From: an uncultured bacterium
Lineage (GTDB): Bacteria; Patescibacteriota; Minisyncoccia; Phycocordibacterales; PALSA-1337
DNA: 64,000 nucleotides
Direction: 5' to 3'
Assembly (NCBI GenBank): GCA_903839725.1
Contig: CAIMDG010000002.1
Location: 1,078 to 65,077 of the forward strand
A program made the position numbers and the translations under genes. Shown here in pieces: positions 9,582 to 19,335 of the stretch (position 1 is the stretch's first letter; each line of letters begins with the position of its first letter). The notes under the pieces are model-generated. The model was not told the DNA's origin. It did not search any database and worked only from the letters and a program-made list of their open reading frames with translations.

Positions 9582-9660
9582 ACAAATTACCTTCTTTGAA
9601 TTTAACAAAAAAACGATTCTTCACTGAATTGTTTTTTTGTTAAGTCGATCCTATTCAAAA

Positions 9661-12606
9661 CTAGATATTTCGCATACCACACCATTCACATTTTTCATCA
9701 GAACATCTTCCTTCAAGAATCTTTCCACTCCACACACTTTTGATAAGTAATTGTATTTCACTTTGCACGCGAGTAATATCAGCAGTTTCAATATCGATTG
9801 CCACTATTGGACAACGACCCTTATCATCCGGTGATACGAATACCAAGGCAGGCAGAACATTCCTGCCTCTCCAGCGAATATCACCACCAACCAGCATCTT
9901 ATAGAAAATCAACTGACGAAAATAACTACCGTCATCTGATTTGGTGAGACCCTTGATCGCATTCACTGACATGGCTTGCTTTGTCTTGTAGTCAAACACA
10001 CGAGCCTCCGTACCAGTATCTACGAGTGCATCAAGTTTGCCGTGAATAGGAATACGGACTGATTGACCTTCATGTGTTCCTAGAAATTCGTGCTCAACCC
10101 AGGATTCCGTGAACACTGTTCCTTGTGTAGCAAAATGTGATTCCAGCTCTTTTGCAACATCTGACACTGTTTCGAGTAATTCTTTTTGTGCAGATTTCTT
10201 TTCAGAAATAGGCAAGAATGATTTCGCAAAAAATTCAGTAATTGTTGCACTCAATATTGTTTCAATTTCCTTCACAGTTCGAGACTCTGATTTCCAAACA
10301 CGCGATATACCTTCATGCATTGCCGTTCCCTTTTCCGCAGAAACTGAAGGAGCCTGTGGCAATTTCAATATACTGTTATATATAAAACGATTTGGACATT
10401 CCATAAAGTGACTGAGTGCAGTCACTGACAATCCTTTTTCTGTAAGTACGTGTTTGATAACATTGTGTAATGCTACATCCTCACTTTTTTTATACGAATC
10501 AGCAGAAGCAAGAGTATTATCGTGAATTTTATACACTTCTTCAATGCCAATTCGTGGAATAGTACTGCGAACAATATGCTCAACGGCCAATTCATCGATG
10601 AAGCGTAGTGGTGTGAGTATTTTTCCATCAGATTCTTCGAGAGCAGTGATGACAGTCACCTGTTTTCGCGCGCGAGTGAGGGCTACATAGAACAAACGTC
10701 TCACATCTCGAATATCACTGTCGGTTGTTTGTTTCTTTGGTAATACAAATGATGATCCTCGAGGTCTACCGACCCATGATTCTTCGGTAGCATATGGAAT
10801 AAAGACATAATCAAACTCAAGACCTTTACTTCCATGTGCAGTCATTGCTTTGATTGGTACATCAGGTGCACCAACAGTAACTTTCACGATTCTTGATTCT
10901 GCAGACGTTCGATATGCGAGCATAGCTTTGATGAGTTCAAGCGGATCATGAATATCACTTTCACGCACGACTGATTCCGCAAGAGAAATGATGCCACGCC
11001 ACACATATACATATGCAGGATCTTTTGAGATAAGAGAAATGAAACCAGATTCTTGTGCGGCATGAATAAGAAAACCAACCGCACTGTCATTCAAAATCTT
11101 TCTACGAATATGGAGAAGTTGTGGAAGCAATCGTTCAACAGTATCTTGACCACTTTTCAATGCTTTTACCAATTCGAGGCTTTTTTCAAATGGTAATCCC
11201 CACATACCAGAAACTACTGTCTTTGCCAATGCGTCAGCACGTGATGGATCAGCAATGTATTCGATCAAATCAAAAAATGTTCGACCGACGGGATGACTAA
11301 ACATATCAATACTTCGTTCAGATGAGACAGGAATAGCGTGCGACTCAAGTAAGCGGATTACACGATCGAGATCACGATTTCTACGTACAATAACCGCCAC
11401 ACTTGCATGAGGTTCATTCTTGGAAAGTGTCTGTAATTCACGCACAAGTTGAAGTTCACTTGCTGAAACATTTTCACCGGTCACAATACTGACTGCCTTT
11501 GCTGATCCATTATTTTCTTTTGCTCGACCTCCTTTCAAGCGAATACGCAAATCCTGATGTTCACCTTCTTCATAGTTATGTTCTATCATCGCAAAACTTG
11601 CTTCGAGAATACCTGTATGTGAACGATAGTTAGTATCGAGTGATATGAGTTTCATCATCGGCCAATGCTTTTGTAGTTTCAAGAAATTCTCAACAGACGC
11701 TCCTTGGAATCGGTAAATAGCCTGTTTCTCATCTCCGACAATAAAAATGTTTGGCGTTTCAAAGAATTCAGCAATAAGTCCAATAATAAAATTCTGAGCA
11801 TCGTTGGTATCTTGATGTTCATCAACGTGTATGTACAGATATTGTTCTTGAATGAGTCGGAGCAACAATTCATCATTACGTAATGCAAATAATAATTCGA
11901 AAATAAGATCATTGAAATCCATCTTATTTGCTTCACGTTTCTTGGTCTCATAGAGTTCATATACTTCTGCAAAAAGTTTTGTTCGTTCACATTTTTCAAT
12001 AGCATCTTTGGCATCAGCTTTGAGTTGACCTTTGGTTGCACCACGACTTGAAATAGAACTTTCATCATTCTTGATACGAGTAATTTCGTTGATAGCATGT
12101 TCACGTACCATATCAGGTGTCAGTGCTTCGCGTTTTGCATCATCAATACTTCGCATGATGCCCATAATATAGGCATCAGGCTTTCCTGCAGGACGAACAT
12201 CTGAGAAGTGTGGGTCAGAAATAATCGCACGGACCAATGATTCTTGCTCAATATCAGTCATCAGCTTCATATCACTCATCTGCACAAAATGATCGGGGTG
12301 TTGGTTGATGACCATCTGAGCAAAACCGTGAAATGTAAAAATACCCACATCGTGTGCACGCTCACCAATTACATTTTGTAATTTATGACGCATCGCTTTG
12401 ACTCCTGCGTCAGTGTACGTAATAGCGAGAATACCGTTTGCAGGAGTGTCAGTACGTTTCAAAATATTTGCAATACGAAGTGTGAGTATTGTGGTTTTAC
12501 CTGTGCCTGGACCAGCAATGACCATCACTGGACCTTCGATAGTATCCACTGCTTCCTTTTGTGCTTTATTTAGACGTGTATATTGCTCGGTGAATAGGTC
12601 GGTCAT
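9661..12606 (-). CDS. UvrD/PcrA-like superfamily-1 helicase fused to a C-terminal RecB-family (PD-(D/E)xK, DYKT motif) nuclease with a Cys cluster
   Basis: Walker A VIAGPGTGKTT, DEHQDTN (motif II), and UvrD-like motifs through about 650 aa. C-terminus has CPNRF..., ...FDYKTKQ (RecB nuclease DYKTG-like motif) and terminal CSDEKCEWCG cysteines, as in AddB/Cas4-type Fe-S nucleases. Confidence 0.8.
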   Translation of the reverse strand: MTDLFTEQYTRLNKAQKEAVDTIEGPVMVIAGPGTGKTTILTLRIANILKRTDTPANGILAITYTDAGVKAMRHKLQNVIGERAHDVGIFTFHGFAQMVINQHPDHFVQMSDMKLMTDIEQESLVRAIISDPHFSDVRPAGKPDAYIMGIMRSIDDAKREALTPDMVREHAINEITRIKNDESSISSRGATKGQLKADAKDAIEKCERTKLFAEVYELYETKKREANKMDFNDLIFELLFALRNDELLLRLIQEQYLYIHVDEHQDTNDAQNFIIGLIAEFFETPNIFIVGDEKQAIYRFQGASVENFLKLQKHWPMMKLISLDTNYRSHTGILEASFAMIEHNYEEGEHQDLRIRLKGGRAKENNGSAKAVSIVTGENVSASELQLVRELQTLSKNEPHASVAVIVRRNRDLDRVIRLLESHAIPVSSERSIDMFSHPVGRTFFDLIEYIADPSRADALAKTVVSGMWGLPFEKSLELVKALKSGQDTVERLLPQLLHIRRKILNDSAVGFLIHAAQESGFISLISKDPAYVYVWRGIISLAESVVRESDIHDPLELIKAMLAYRTSAESRIVKVTVGAPDVPIKAMTAHGSKGLEFDYVFIPYATEESWVGRPRGSSFVLPKKQTTDSDIRDVRRLFYVALTRARKQVTVITALEESDGKILTPLRFIDELAVEHIVRSTIPRIGIEEVYKIHDNTLASADSYKKSEDVALHNVIKHVLTEKGLSVTALSHFMECPNRFIYNSILKLPQAPSVSAEKGTAMHEGISRVWKSESRTVKEIETILSATITEFFAKSFLPISEKKSAQKELLETVSDVAKELESHFATQGTVFTESWVEHEFLGTHEGQSVRIPIHGKLDALVDTGTEARVFDYKTKQAMSVNAIKGLTKSDDGSYFRQLIFYKMLVGGDIRWRGRNVLPALVFVSPDDKGRCPIVAIDIETADITRVQSEIQLLIKSVWSGKILEGRCSDEKCEWCGMRNI

Positions 12607-12723
12607 GAAAGTATTATAGCAGGTATTCTAGAGCCGTATTAAGCTCTTCCCGAGAGATTGACTTTATATAGAAAAGTGATATAATACTGTCATCGGTTAG
12701 TTGAACATTCCCAATTACATATT

Positions 12724-13032
12724 ATGTGCACCAAAAAAAATGGCTTCCAAGCCCCGAAGTGGCTCTCCTTCACTGGTCAAGAGAGCATCGCGAGTGAACT
12801 CGATCGCCTCCAACTGTTCGTTGAAGAAAAGGTGATCGAAGTTCAGATCGTTCAAAGTGACGAGCGGATCATCGTCGGCGTGTTGCAAAGATCAACGCAC
12901 CCTGGACGCGTTCGTATCCAGTCAAACTGCCATGGACTGGTCATGGTCCTCTACACGCAAATTGTGGACCTGATCCACGACCTCACCCCGGACCGCACCT
13001 CGAGCTTGTCTCGGGAAGGTTCGAATTCTTGA
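12724..13032 (+). CDS. Hypothetical small protein in a GC-rich island
   Basis: 102-aa ORF preceded by a tataat at about 12682. No recognisable motifs. The region is about 10-15% higher in GC than its surroundings. Confidence 0.25.
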   Translation: MCTKKNGFQAPKWLSFTGQESIASELDRLQLFVEEKVIEVQIVQSDERIIVGVLQRSTHPGRVRIQSNCHGLVMVLYTQIVDLIHDLTPDRTSSLSREGSNS

Positions 13033-13125
13033 TGGCTCACACCATCAAACAAACCGCCAGTCTCGCAAGAGGCCGGCGGTGTTTTATTTACCCAACTGTC
13101 CTACATGCGTAGGTAGGTTTCCCTT

Positions 13126-14337
13126 TTAATAATTCTTCAATCTATTTATATTGTCATGCTGACGAATCTTTTCGTGAGCCTTCGCTTCAATCTGACGAAT
13201 ACGTTCACGAGTAACACCGAACTCTTTACCTACTTCTTCAAGTGTATGAGTGATGCCATCATTCAAGCCATGGCGCATCTCGAGAATCTTACGTTCCTTT
13301 TCAGAAAGGTCATTCAAAATGAGATTGACTTGATCACGGAGAATACGACGTGATGATTCTTGTTCTGGTGAAAGTATCTTGTCATCAGCAATGAAATCAC
13401 CGAGTGTAGACTTGCCATCATCATCGTCACCAACAGGATTTTCGAGTGAAAGAACGTCTTGTTCGATCTTTTCGATCTGATAGATCTTGTCGACATCCAT
13501 ACCCATCTCTGTTGCAATCTCGTCAGGAAGAGGTTCACGACCGAGGTCATTGGTCAAACGACGAACGACTTGTTTGTACTTTGCGATTGTTTCCACCATG
13601 TGCACAGGCACACGGATCGTACGTGATTGGTCAGCGAGGGCACGAGTGATGGCCTGACGAATCCACCAGGTAGCGTATGTTGAAAATTTAAATCCTTTTG
13701 TCCAATCGAACTTATCGACGGCGCGAAAGAGACCGAGGTTACCTTCTTGAATGAGGTCGAGCAAGGTAAGATCGGGACTGCGACCAACATATTTCTTGGC
13801 AATAGAAACAACGAGACGAAGGTTTGCTTTTGCAAGAAGATTTTTTGCTTCCATATCTCCTGCAAGAATACGCTTGGCAAGATCTTTTTCTTGACCAGCA
13901 TTGATGAGTGGATATTGACCGATCTCTTTCAAGTACATCTGAATAGAGTCATACGCAGAATCAGATCCACGAGATGAGTGGCTCGGTTTCTTTGGAGTTA
14001 AATCTTCTACTTCGAGCAAGCCTCCACCTTCGAGCACGTCAACATTGGCAGTAGTAAGTTTGGTATACAATTCATCGAGGAAAATAATATCATTTTCAAT
14101 TTGTGGAAATTCCTTCAGAATCTCGTCATAGGTAACGAAACCACGATCACGACCCTTGGTGATAAGCTTATTTGCTTTGGTTTCAAACTCACTCGCTTTA
14201 TTAGCTTTCGACTGCTTTCCTGCCTTAATAGGCTTCTTTCCTGCTTTCACAGGTGCCTTTTTAACTGGCTTGGCCTTTTTCACAGGACGGCGGACTGCTT
14301 TACGAACCTTATTGGTCGCTTTTTTGTTTTTACTCAT
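13126..14337 (-). CDS. rpoD: RNA polymerase sigma-70 factor RpoD with Lys/Ala/Pro-rich N-terminal tail
   Basis: Region 2 ([40 protein letters not shown]), region 3 and region 4.2 ([23 protein letters not shown]) signatures. Confidence 0.9.
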   Translation of the reverse strand: MSKNKKATNKVRKAVRRPVKKAKPVKKAPVKAGKKPIKAGKQSKANKASEFETKANKLITKGRDRGFVTYDEILKEFPQIENDIIFLDELYTKLTTANVDVLEGGGLLEVEDLTPKKPSHSSRGSDSAYDSIQMYLKEIGQYPLINAGQEKDLAKRILAGDMEAKNLLAKANLRLVVSIAKKYVGRSPDLTLLDLIQEGNLGLFRAVDKFDWTKGFKFSTYATWWIRQAITRALADQSRTIRVPVHMVETIAKYKQVVRRLTNDLGREPLPDEIATEMGMDVDKIYQIEKIEQDVLSLENPVGDDDDGKSTLGDFIADDKILSPEQESSRRILRDQVNLILNDLSEKERKILEMRHGLNDGITHTLEEVGKEFGVTRERIRQIEAKAHEKIRQHDNINRLKNY

Positions 14338-14400
14338 AAGGAGTGATTAGGGTTAAACGTAAGGGTTATTGTAAAGTATTTACGGAAAGGACGCAAGTTT

Positions 14401-16218
14401 TTATCTCTTCTTCCCTATTTCAGCCTTTTTAATAGATAATATCTGACATTTCTTGGCTAACTCAGAGACTCGAGCAGTATCACCAGCTTTTTCAGCTATT
14501 TTCAATTCTTGCATAGAATCAATAAGTTCTTGATTGACGAGATCTGTTTCAAAGTTGGTGATGAGTTCTGTCATGTGGATATTCCAACGATCTGTATCTG
14601 ATCCAAACATGGCATCAGCCTCGAATAGTATGTCACTTGAAATACTATCTATACGAGCACATCTATCTGCATATGATCCGTCACATATTTTTTGTATACG
14701 AGCACGATAGTCGGCTGCAATTGGTATTTGCTCTTTCTCCATTAACATCAAAAGACCGAACATGCGTCTTTCAACGAGGTCGATTCGGGAAGGGACAGCG
14801 ACACCGTCTCCTCTCGGCGACAGTGCATCTCTCTTCGTTCTCCCGTCGGTCGAAGTCGAGAGATCACTCTCGCCTGCGGAGACGGCTGACGTAGTACTTC
14901 CCGAATTTGAGACCCGCTCCTGTTTTATTTTTTCTTCGACAGCGCGAAGATCTTGCCAGATGGAGTCTTTGCCGATATTTGCTTTGTCGGCAATGAGTTG
15001 GACGAAATGATCTTTATCCATCTGACTATCTATTCTCGCCAAGAATGGAAAGACACGGTCGCGCAATGCCCGAGCGATTTTACGGTGATCTGGAGTGTCG
15101 TTGATAACATTACTCAATTCAAATTCAATAATAGGTTTTGCGGTACGAAGTGCAGTTTTCCAATCTTCAGGATTATTAAGGACGAGATCGGCAGGATCTT
15201 TGCCACCAACAAGGTCAGCAATCTTCACGTCCATACCCATAGAGAGGGCTATACCCGCTGCGCGTAATGCAGCCTTTCTTCCTGCAGTATCTGAATCAAA
15301 AGCGATAATAATATTTGGTGACAGACGACGAACGAGACCGAGATTACTGACGGCCCCTGTCTCACTGAATGCTTCATCAGTTAGAGCAGTTCCTGAAGAT
15401 GCTACAGTATTCTTGATACCTGCTTGATGTGACATAACCAAGTCCATCTGCCCTTCTACGAATATAGAATATCCGAGTCGACGAATATCACTCTTTGCCT
15501 TATCGAGTCCATAGAGCACTTGAGATTTGTCGTACAAAGGAGTATCAGGACTATTCAAGTACTTTGCTGACTTACCATCATCTTTAAGAATACGGCCAGA
15601 AAATGCGACGACACGGCCACTGGAATCATTGATTGGGAATACAACACGTCCTCGGAAACGATCATAGAATTTTCCATCTTCAGTCTTTTTTCCTAGACCA
15701 GCTTTTTCAATTAACATATCTGAATATTTCTTGGCACGTAAATGATCAATCAAATGTTGCCATCCTTCAGGAGCCCAACCAATACGAAATTCTGCACGAG
15801 TCTCATCTTTGATACCGCGACGCTTCACATAGTCCGTTGCTTCTGTATTTTTGGAAAATTGCCCTTCAAAGTATTGAGTAGCGTCTTCCATGATTTGGAA
15901 CAATCGCTCACGCTCCCCATCTGCCTTCTGATCAAAGACGAGTTTGACGCCAGCCTTCTCTGCGAGAATCTTGAGCGCACCACGAAAGTCGAGACCTTCG
16001 AATTGTTCGACGAATGAGAAAATATCACCCTTTGCTCCGCAGCCAAAACAATAGTATCCTCCACGATCTGGTGATACGAAAAATGATGGCGATTTCTCGT
16101 TATGAAATGGGCATCTCGCCTTGAATGACTTACCGGCCTTTTCAAGCTTCACATATGAGCCAATAAGCTCATCTATAGAAATGCGCTCTTTGATCTGTTC
16201 AACTGCGGTGCGGTTCAT
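14401..16218 (-). CDS. dnaG: DNA primase DnaG
   Basis: Zinc-ribbon CPFHNEKSPSFFV...YYCFGCGAKGD, TOPRIM region (VFVEGQMD...DSDTAGRKA). Start at ATG 16218 (MNRTAVEQIKERISIDEL); the longer ORF-track start at 16254 is TTG. Confidence 0.85.
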   Translation of the reverse strand: MNRTAVEQIKERISIDELIGSYVKLEKAGKSFKARCPFHNEKSPSFFVSPDRGGYYCFGCGAKGDIFSFVEQFEGLDFRGALKILAEKAGVKLVFDQKADGERERLFQIMEDATQYFEGQFSKNTEATDYVKRRGIKDETRAEFRIGWAPEGWQHLIDHLRAKKYSDMLIEKAGLGKKTEDGKFYDRFRGRVVFPINDSSGRVVAFSGRILKDDGKSAKYLNSPDTPLYDKSQVLYGLDKAKSDIRRLGYSIFVEGQMDLVMSHQAGIKNTVASSGTALTDEAFSETGAVSNLGLVRRLSPNIIIAFDSDTAGRKAALRAAGIALSMGMDVKIADLVGGKDPADLVLNNPEDWKTALRTAKPIIEFELSNVINDTPDHRKIARALRDRVFPFLARIDSQMDKDHFVQLIADKANIGKDSIWQDLRAVEEKIKQERVSNSGSTTSAVSAGESDLSTSTDGRTKRDALSPRGDGVAVPSRIDLVERRMFGLLMLMEKEQIPIAADYRARIQKICDGSYADRCARIDSISSDILFEADAMFGSDTDRWNIHMTELITNFETDLVNQELIDSMQELKIAEKAGDTARVSELAKKCQILSIKKAEIGKKR

Positions 16219-16270
16219 AGGTGCATTATAGAGGGAAATGCAGGATATCGCCAACTATATCTGTTGTGTA

Positions 16271-17125
16271 CTATTTAACAGCGATCGTGTGAGTCGGGAG
16301 ACCTTCGGCGTAAAGTTTTTGAACTTCAGAAGCAGTTAAGGTACTTCTGTATATCCTGAAAGTATCGAGATTGCCAACTATAGAACCATAGTAGTTGGGC
16401 CAAGAACAAGCTACAGCTATAGCTGTTATATTATTTACAGTACTCGAGATATCAATTATGGTTGGTCCAGATATTGCTACACCATCAACATATAAAGTAT
16501 TAGCTTTTGTTGTGTTGTTATAGTCCCATGTAATGTTATGCCATGTATTGATATCAGAACATGCAGGAGTTGGAATATCAAAGATTGTATTACTACTGAT
16601 TTTACCCAAGAACCTACCACCTAAACACGACAGATAACTAAAACTATTAACGCTGTTGAAGTTTACAGCAAACTCTTGAGGAGAGGGCCCAGAAACTGCT
16701 TGATTATTAATCCAGTAAGTAATTGTAAAACCATTTTGCGCCGTGCCCATAAGTGAGTCCTGTGGAAAAGATGCAAGAGTATAAGCATATGCTGTCGCAG
16801 TTGATTTTAAGGAAGAACCGTGACCATTGGGGGTATTTGTAGTATCAATTGAAATACTCGAGCCAGAAAAAGTCAAATTATAATTATTACCAGAGCTATC
16901 TAATCCGGGGTTCGAAGCACTATCAAACTGATAATCTACAAATTCATCTACACCTAATTTGTGGTGATTATGATCAGCAAAATTCAACCCTGCAGCAACT
17001 CGTGCTTTGGATTTTGCAGTACTTAATGCCGCCAAAACAACACTACTCAACAACCCAATAATAGAAATAACCACCAGAAGCTCAATGAGAGTAAATCCTT
17101 TTCTTTTTAAATGCAAAAGACCCAT
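16271..17125 (-). CDS. Type IV pilin-like protein (prepilin N-terminal domain plus lectin/LamG-like C-terminal region)
   Basis: KGFTLIELLVVISIIGLLSSVVLAA prepilin cleavage/methylation motif. Asn/Ser/Thr-rich beta-rich C-terminus. Confidence 0.7.
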   Translation of the reverse strand: MGLLHLKRKGFTLIELLVVISIIGLLSSVVLAALSTAKSKARVAAGLNFADHNHHKLGVDEFVDYQFDSASNPGLDSSGNNYNLTFSGSSISIDTTNTPNGHGSSLKSTATAYAYTLASFPQDSLMGTAQNGFTITYWINNQAVSGPSPQEFAVNFNSVNSFSYLSCLGGRFLGKISSNTIFDIPTPACSDINTWHNITWDYNNTTKANTLYVDGVAISGPTIIDISSTVNNITAIAVACSWPNYYGSIVGNLDTFRIYRSTLTASEVQKLYAEGLPTHTIAVK

Positions 17126-17149
17126 AGTTAAATTATATCACAATTGAAA

Positions 17150-17794
17150 CTATGGACTTGTTACACAATAGTAATAAAAAGGAGGGCCAAAACTAAAAAT
17201 ACTATCAGAATTATACCTATCAGTGACTGATCCATCAGGTGCTATCTCAGTAACATGCGGTAGACTAAGAGTCGCTGAAGGGCTACCAACATATAACACA
17301 TACAATTTTGAAAATGTTGATACCCCACCGCATCCATATGTATTATTGGCATTCCACCAGGTTCCAAGTCTGTTAAAGAGATCTGTCTCGTATTCAAAAT
17401 AATACTTTGTATTATTTGGATAACCAGGATAATCAACTATTTGAGAAATGAATTTATTTGTTACCAAGGGATTAAGTCCATTCCGAAAAGCAGGGCCCTG
17501 TCCATTAAGTGCGGAAATAGACAAATCATTTATATCAACACCATCTGGGTTTGCTACAGTTTTTTGTAAAGGATACTGTCCAAATTGACTGTAATACAAC
17601 TCCAACGCATTTTGTAATTGTTTGAAAGATGCAATAATCTGAGCATCTTGAGCTCGCTGTCGAGAAACAGAAAGAGAAGCAAAGACAATACTTGTAAGAA
17701 ATCCAACAATAGCAATCACCACCAATAGTTCAATGAGGGTAAATCCCTTGACACCTTCTTTGGATTTATTTTTAAACCTAGAAAAATATTTCAT
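17150..17794 (-). CDS. Type IV pilin-like protein
   Basis: KGFTLIELLVVIAIVGFLTSIVFASL prepilin motif after a short basic leader. Confidence 0.7.
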   Translation of the reverse strand: MKYFSRFKNKSKEGVKGFTLIELLVVIAIVGFLTSIVFASLSVSRQRAQDAQIIASFKQLQNALELYYSQFGQYPLQKTVANPDGVDINDLSISALNGQGPAFRNGLNPLVTNKFISQIVDYPGYPNNTKYYFEYETDLFNRLGTWWNANNTYGCGGVSTFSKLYVLYVGSPSATLSLPHVTEIAPDGSVTDRYNSDSIFSFGPPFYYYCVTSP

Positions 17795-17807
17795 ATATGT
17801 AATTATT

Positions 17808-18092
17808 CTATTGGGAAGATGGTGGTACTTTTAGGAAAAAACCCTTTTGGCTATTTGATTGTTCATTTGGACTTGTAATAGTCATACGATATATAAAAAT
17901 ACTAGCAATGATCAAAACAACCACTATTCCCAGCAATATAAAATTTGCCATCTGTTCTGACTTTACCCCCCTTCTCATCAACCACAAAACCATTGCAGGT
18001 GGTTGGCTACTTCTTTTAAAACTGCCGTAGAAAACACTTCCTCCTCTGCGTGGAGCATCCTGATTATCGCCATCAAAGATAACTTCTGACAT
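17808..18092 (-). CDS. Hypothetical small membrane protein
   Basis: 94-aa ORF with one TM helix, 14 nt upstream of the pilin gene on the same strand. Confidence 0.3.
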   Translation of the reverse strand: MSEVIFDGDNQDAPRRGGSVFYGSFKRSSQPPAMVLWLMRRGVKSEQMANFILLGIVVVLIIASIFIYRMTITSPNEQSNSQKGFFLKVPPSSQ

Positions 18093-18128
18093 ATAGACAA
18101 TAATACCAAGACTGGTTTGTATTAGCTA

Positions 18129-18620
18129 TCATTTCAACAAGGTCAATACCTCTTTCCATCCACGAACTACGGACACTTTTGGCAAGAAAACCTTGAATTC
18201 ATCTACTTCTTTCTGATCTGGTTGGAATAAGAATAAATGTGGTGTTGATTCAATCATATAACTCAATACTTCGAGACGATCATCAATAAAATGAGTAATT
18301 CCCAATTTCTGACATACTGCATCTTTCTCATTTCGTTCACGAACAAAATAAACGTTCTTCGTATCTATACCAGTCTTCTCAAAAAAATGATTATCTTCAA
18401 ACCATTTCATAATTTTTATTTCGGCCCATTCAGTACATTTTGATATGAGATACACTTCCCCTTTGAAAGAATGGTTAAGTTCATTCAAGGCTTCATAAAC
18501 GCCTTCACTTGCAGGAATAGTTGAATATCGCTCTTCATGAAGCGTTGTATCATGCGGATCAGAAAGACGGTGATTGATAATAACATTGCCAATATCAACA
18601 CCGAGTGCTTGTTTTTTCAT
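18129..18620 (-). CDS. Hypothetical protein, possibly HAD-like 5'(3')-deoxyribonucleotidase-like
   Basis: N-terminal LGVDIGNVII resembles a degenerate HAD motif I. Size 163 aa. Confidence 0.35.
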   Translation of the reverse strand: MKKQALGVDIGNVIINHRLSDPHDTTLHEERYSTIPASEGVYEALNELNHSFKGEVYLISKCTEWAEIKIMKWFEDNHFFEKTGIDTKNVYFVRERNEKDAVCQKLGITHFIDDRLEVLSYMIESTPHLFLFQPDQKEVDEFKVFLPKVSVVRGWKEVLTLLK

Positions 18621-18640
18621 AGGGATAATCTTAGCACATA

Positions 18641-18666
18641 AAAAAAGCCCCTGAGCGGGGCTTCTC
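18641..18666 (-). terminator. Rho-independent terminator after the DUF5684-like gene
   Basis: aaaaaaagcccctgagcggggcttct; on the minus strand the stem is followed by a T-tract. Confidence 0.6.
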
Positions 18667-18673
18667 TTACTAT

Positions 18674-19210
18674 TTATACTACTGGTGGAGGTGTTACTGG
18701 TGCCGAAGATTCTGCATATATATACGTCGACTTTCCAAACGCTAACATTGGATAGAAGATAAATGGTAATACTATAAGCCCGACAGTGAATCCAACATCC
18801 TTACCAAATGCTTTTGCAAATTCATAGGTAACCATAATACTAGTAATCATGTTCACAAATGGAATAAAGATACCAAAAACCCACCACGTTGGTTTACGTG
18901 CAATTTCCAGCATTACAATAAGATTATAAATGGGAATGATTGCAGCCCAACCCGGCTTGCCTGCTTTCTTGAAAACTTTCCACATAGAAGCAACCATGAT
19001 AACAGCAACTACAAGACCAAGTATCGAAAAAATAGCAAAAATACCCAAAAATGCTGGACCCAAATTATCTAACCACTCAGGACATTGGACTACTTGTCCA
19101 TTTACCTTACAAGTTGCTGCAGCACTCGCCAATGGAGAAAAAGCTGAGTATGTATTTGCTACTAAGTATGAGGCTATATCGTTCATATAAAATATAATAC
19201 TAATTACCAA
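18674..19210 (-). CDS. DUF5684-like integral membrane protein
   Basis: KVFKKAGKPGWAAIIPIYNLIVMLEIARKPTWW motif and multiple TM helices. Confidence 0.55.
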   Translation of the reverse strand: MVISIIFYMNDIASYLVANTYSAFSPLASAAATCKVNGQVVQCPEWLDNLGPAFLGIFAIFSILGLVVAVIMVASMWKVFKKAGKPGWAAIIPIYNLIVMLEIARKPTWWVFGIFIPFVNMITSIMVTYEFAKAFGKDVGFTVGLIVLPFIFYPMLAFGKSTYIYAESSAPVTPPPVV

Positions 19211-19290
19211 ACAACATTATTAACAGTATAATTATACAACAGACCTATCTTACTGTCTCAATAAATGCGCATCAATTCCCCCTCAGTATG

Positions 19291-19326
19291 ACAAAAAAGC
19301 CCCTGTACGGGGCCTTTTTGTTTCTT
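19291..19326. terminator. Bidirectional hairpin terminator downstream of rpoC
   Basis: aaaaaagcccctgtacggggcctttttg flanked by A and T tracts on both strands. Confidence 0.7.
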
Positions 19327-19335
19327 ATAAAATTA

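Noticed and set aside
12700-13090. tmRNA / RNase P RNA / SRP RNA in the GC-rich island
   Set aside because: None of the universal motifs were found (RNase P GGAAAGUCCGG / AGGGUGAAA, tmRNA tRNA-like ends with GGUUCGA T-loop in proper context, SRP domain IV). A ggttcgaattc string does not form a T-arm.
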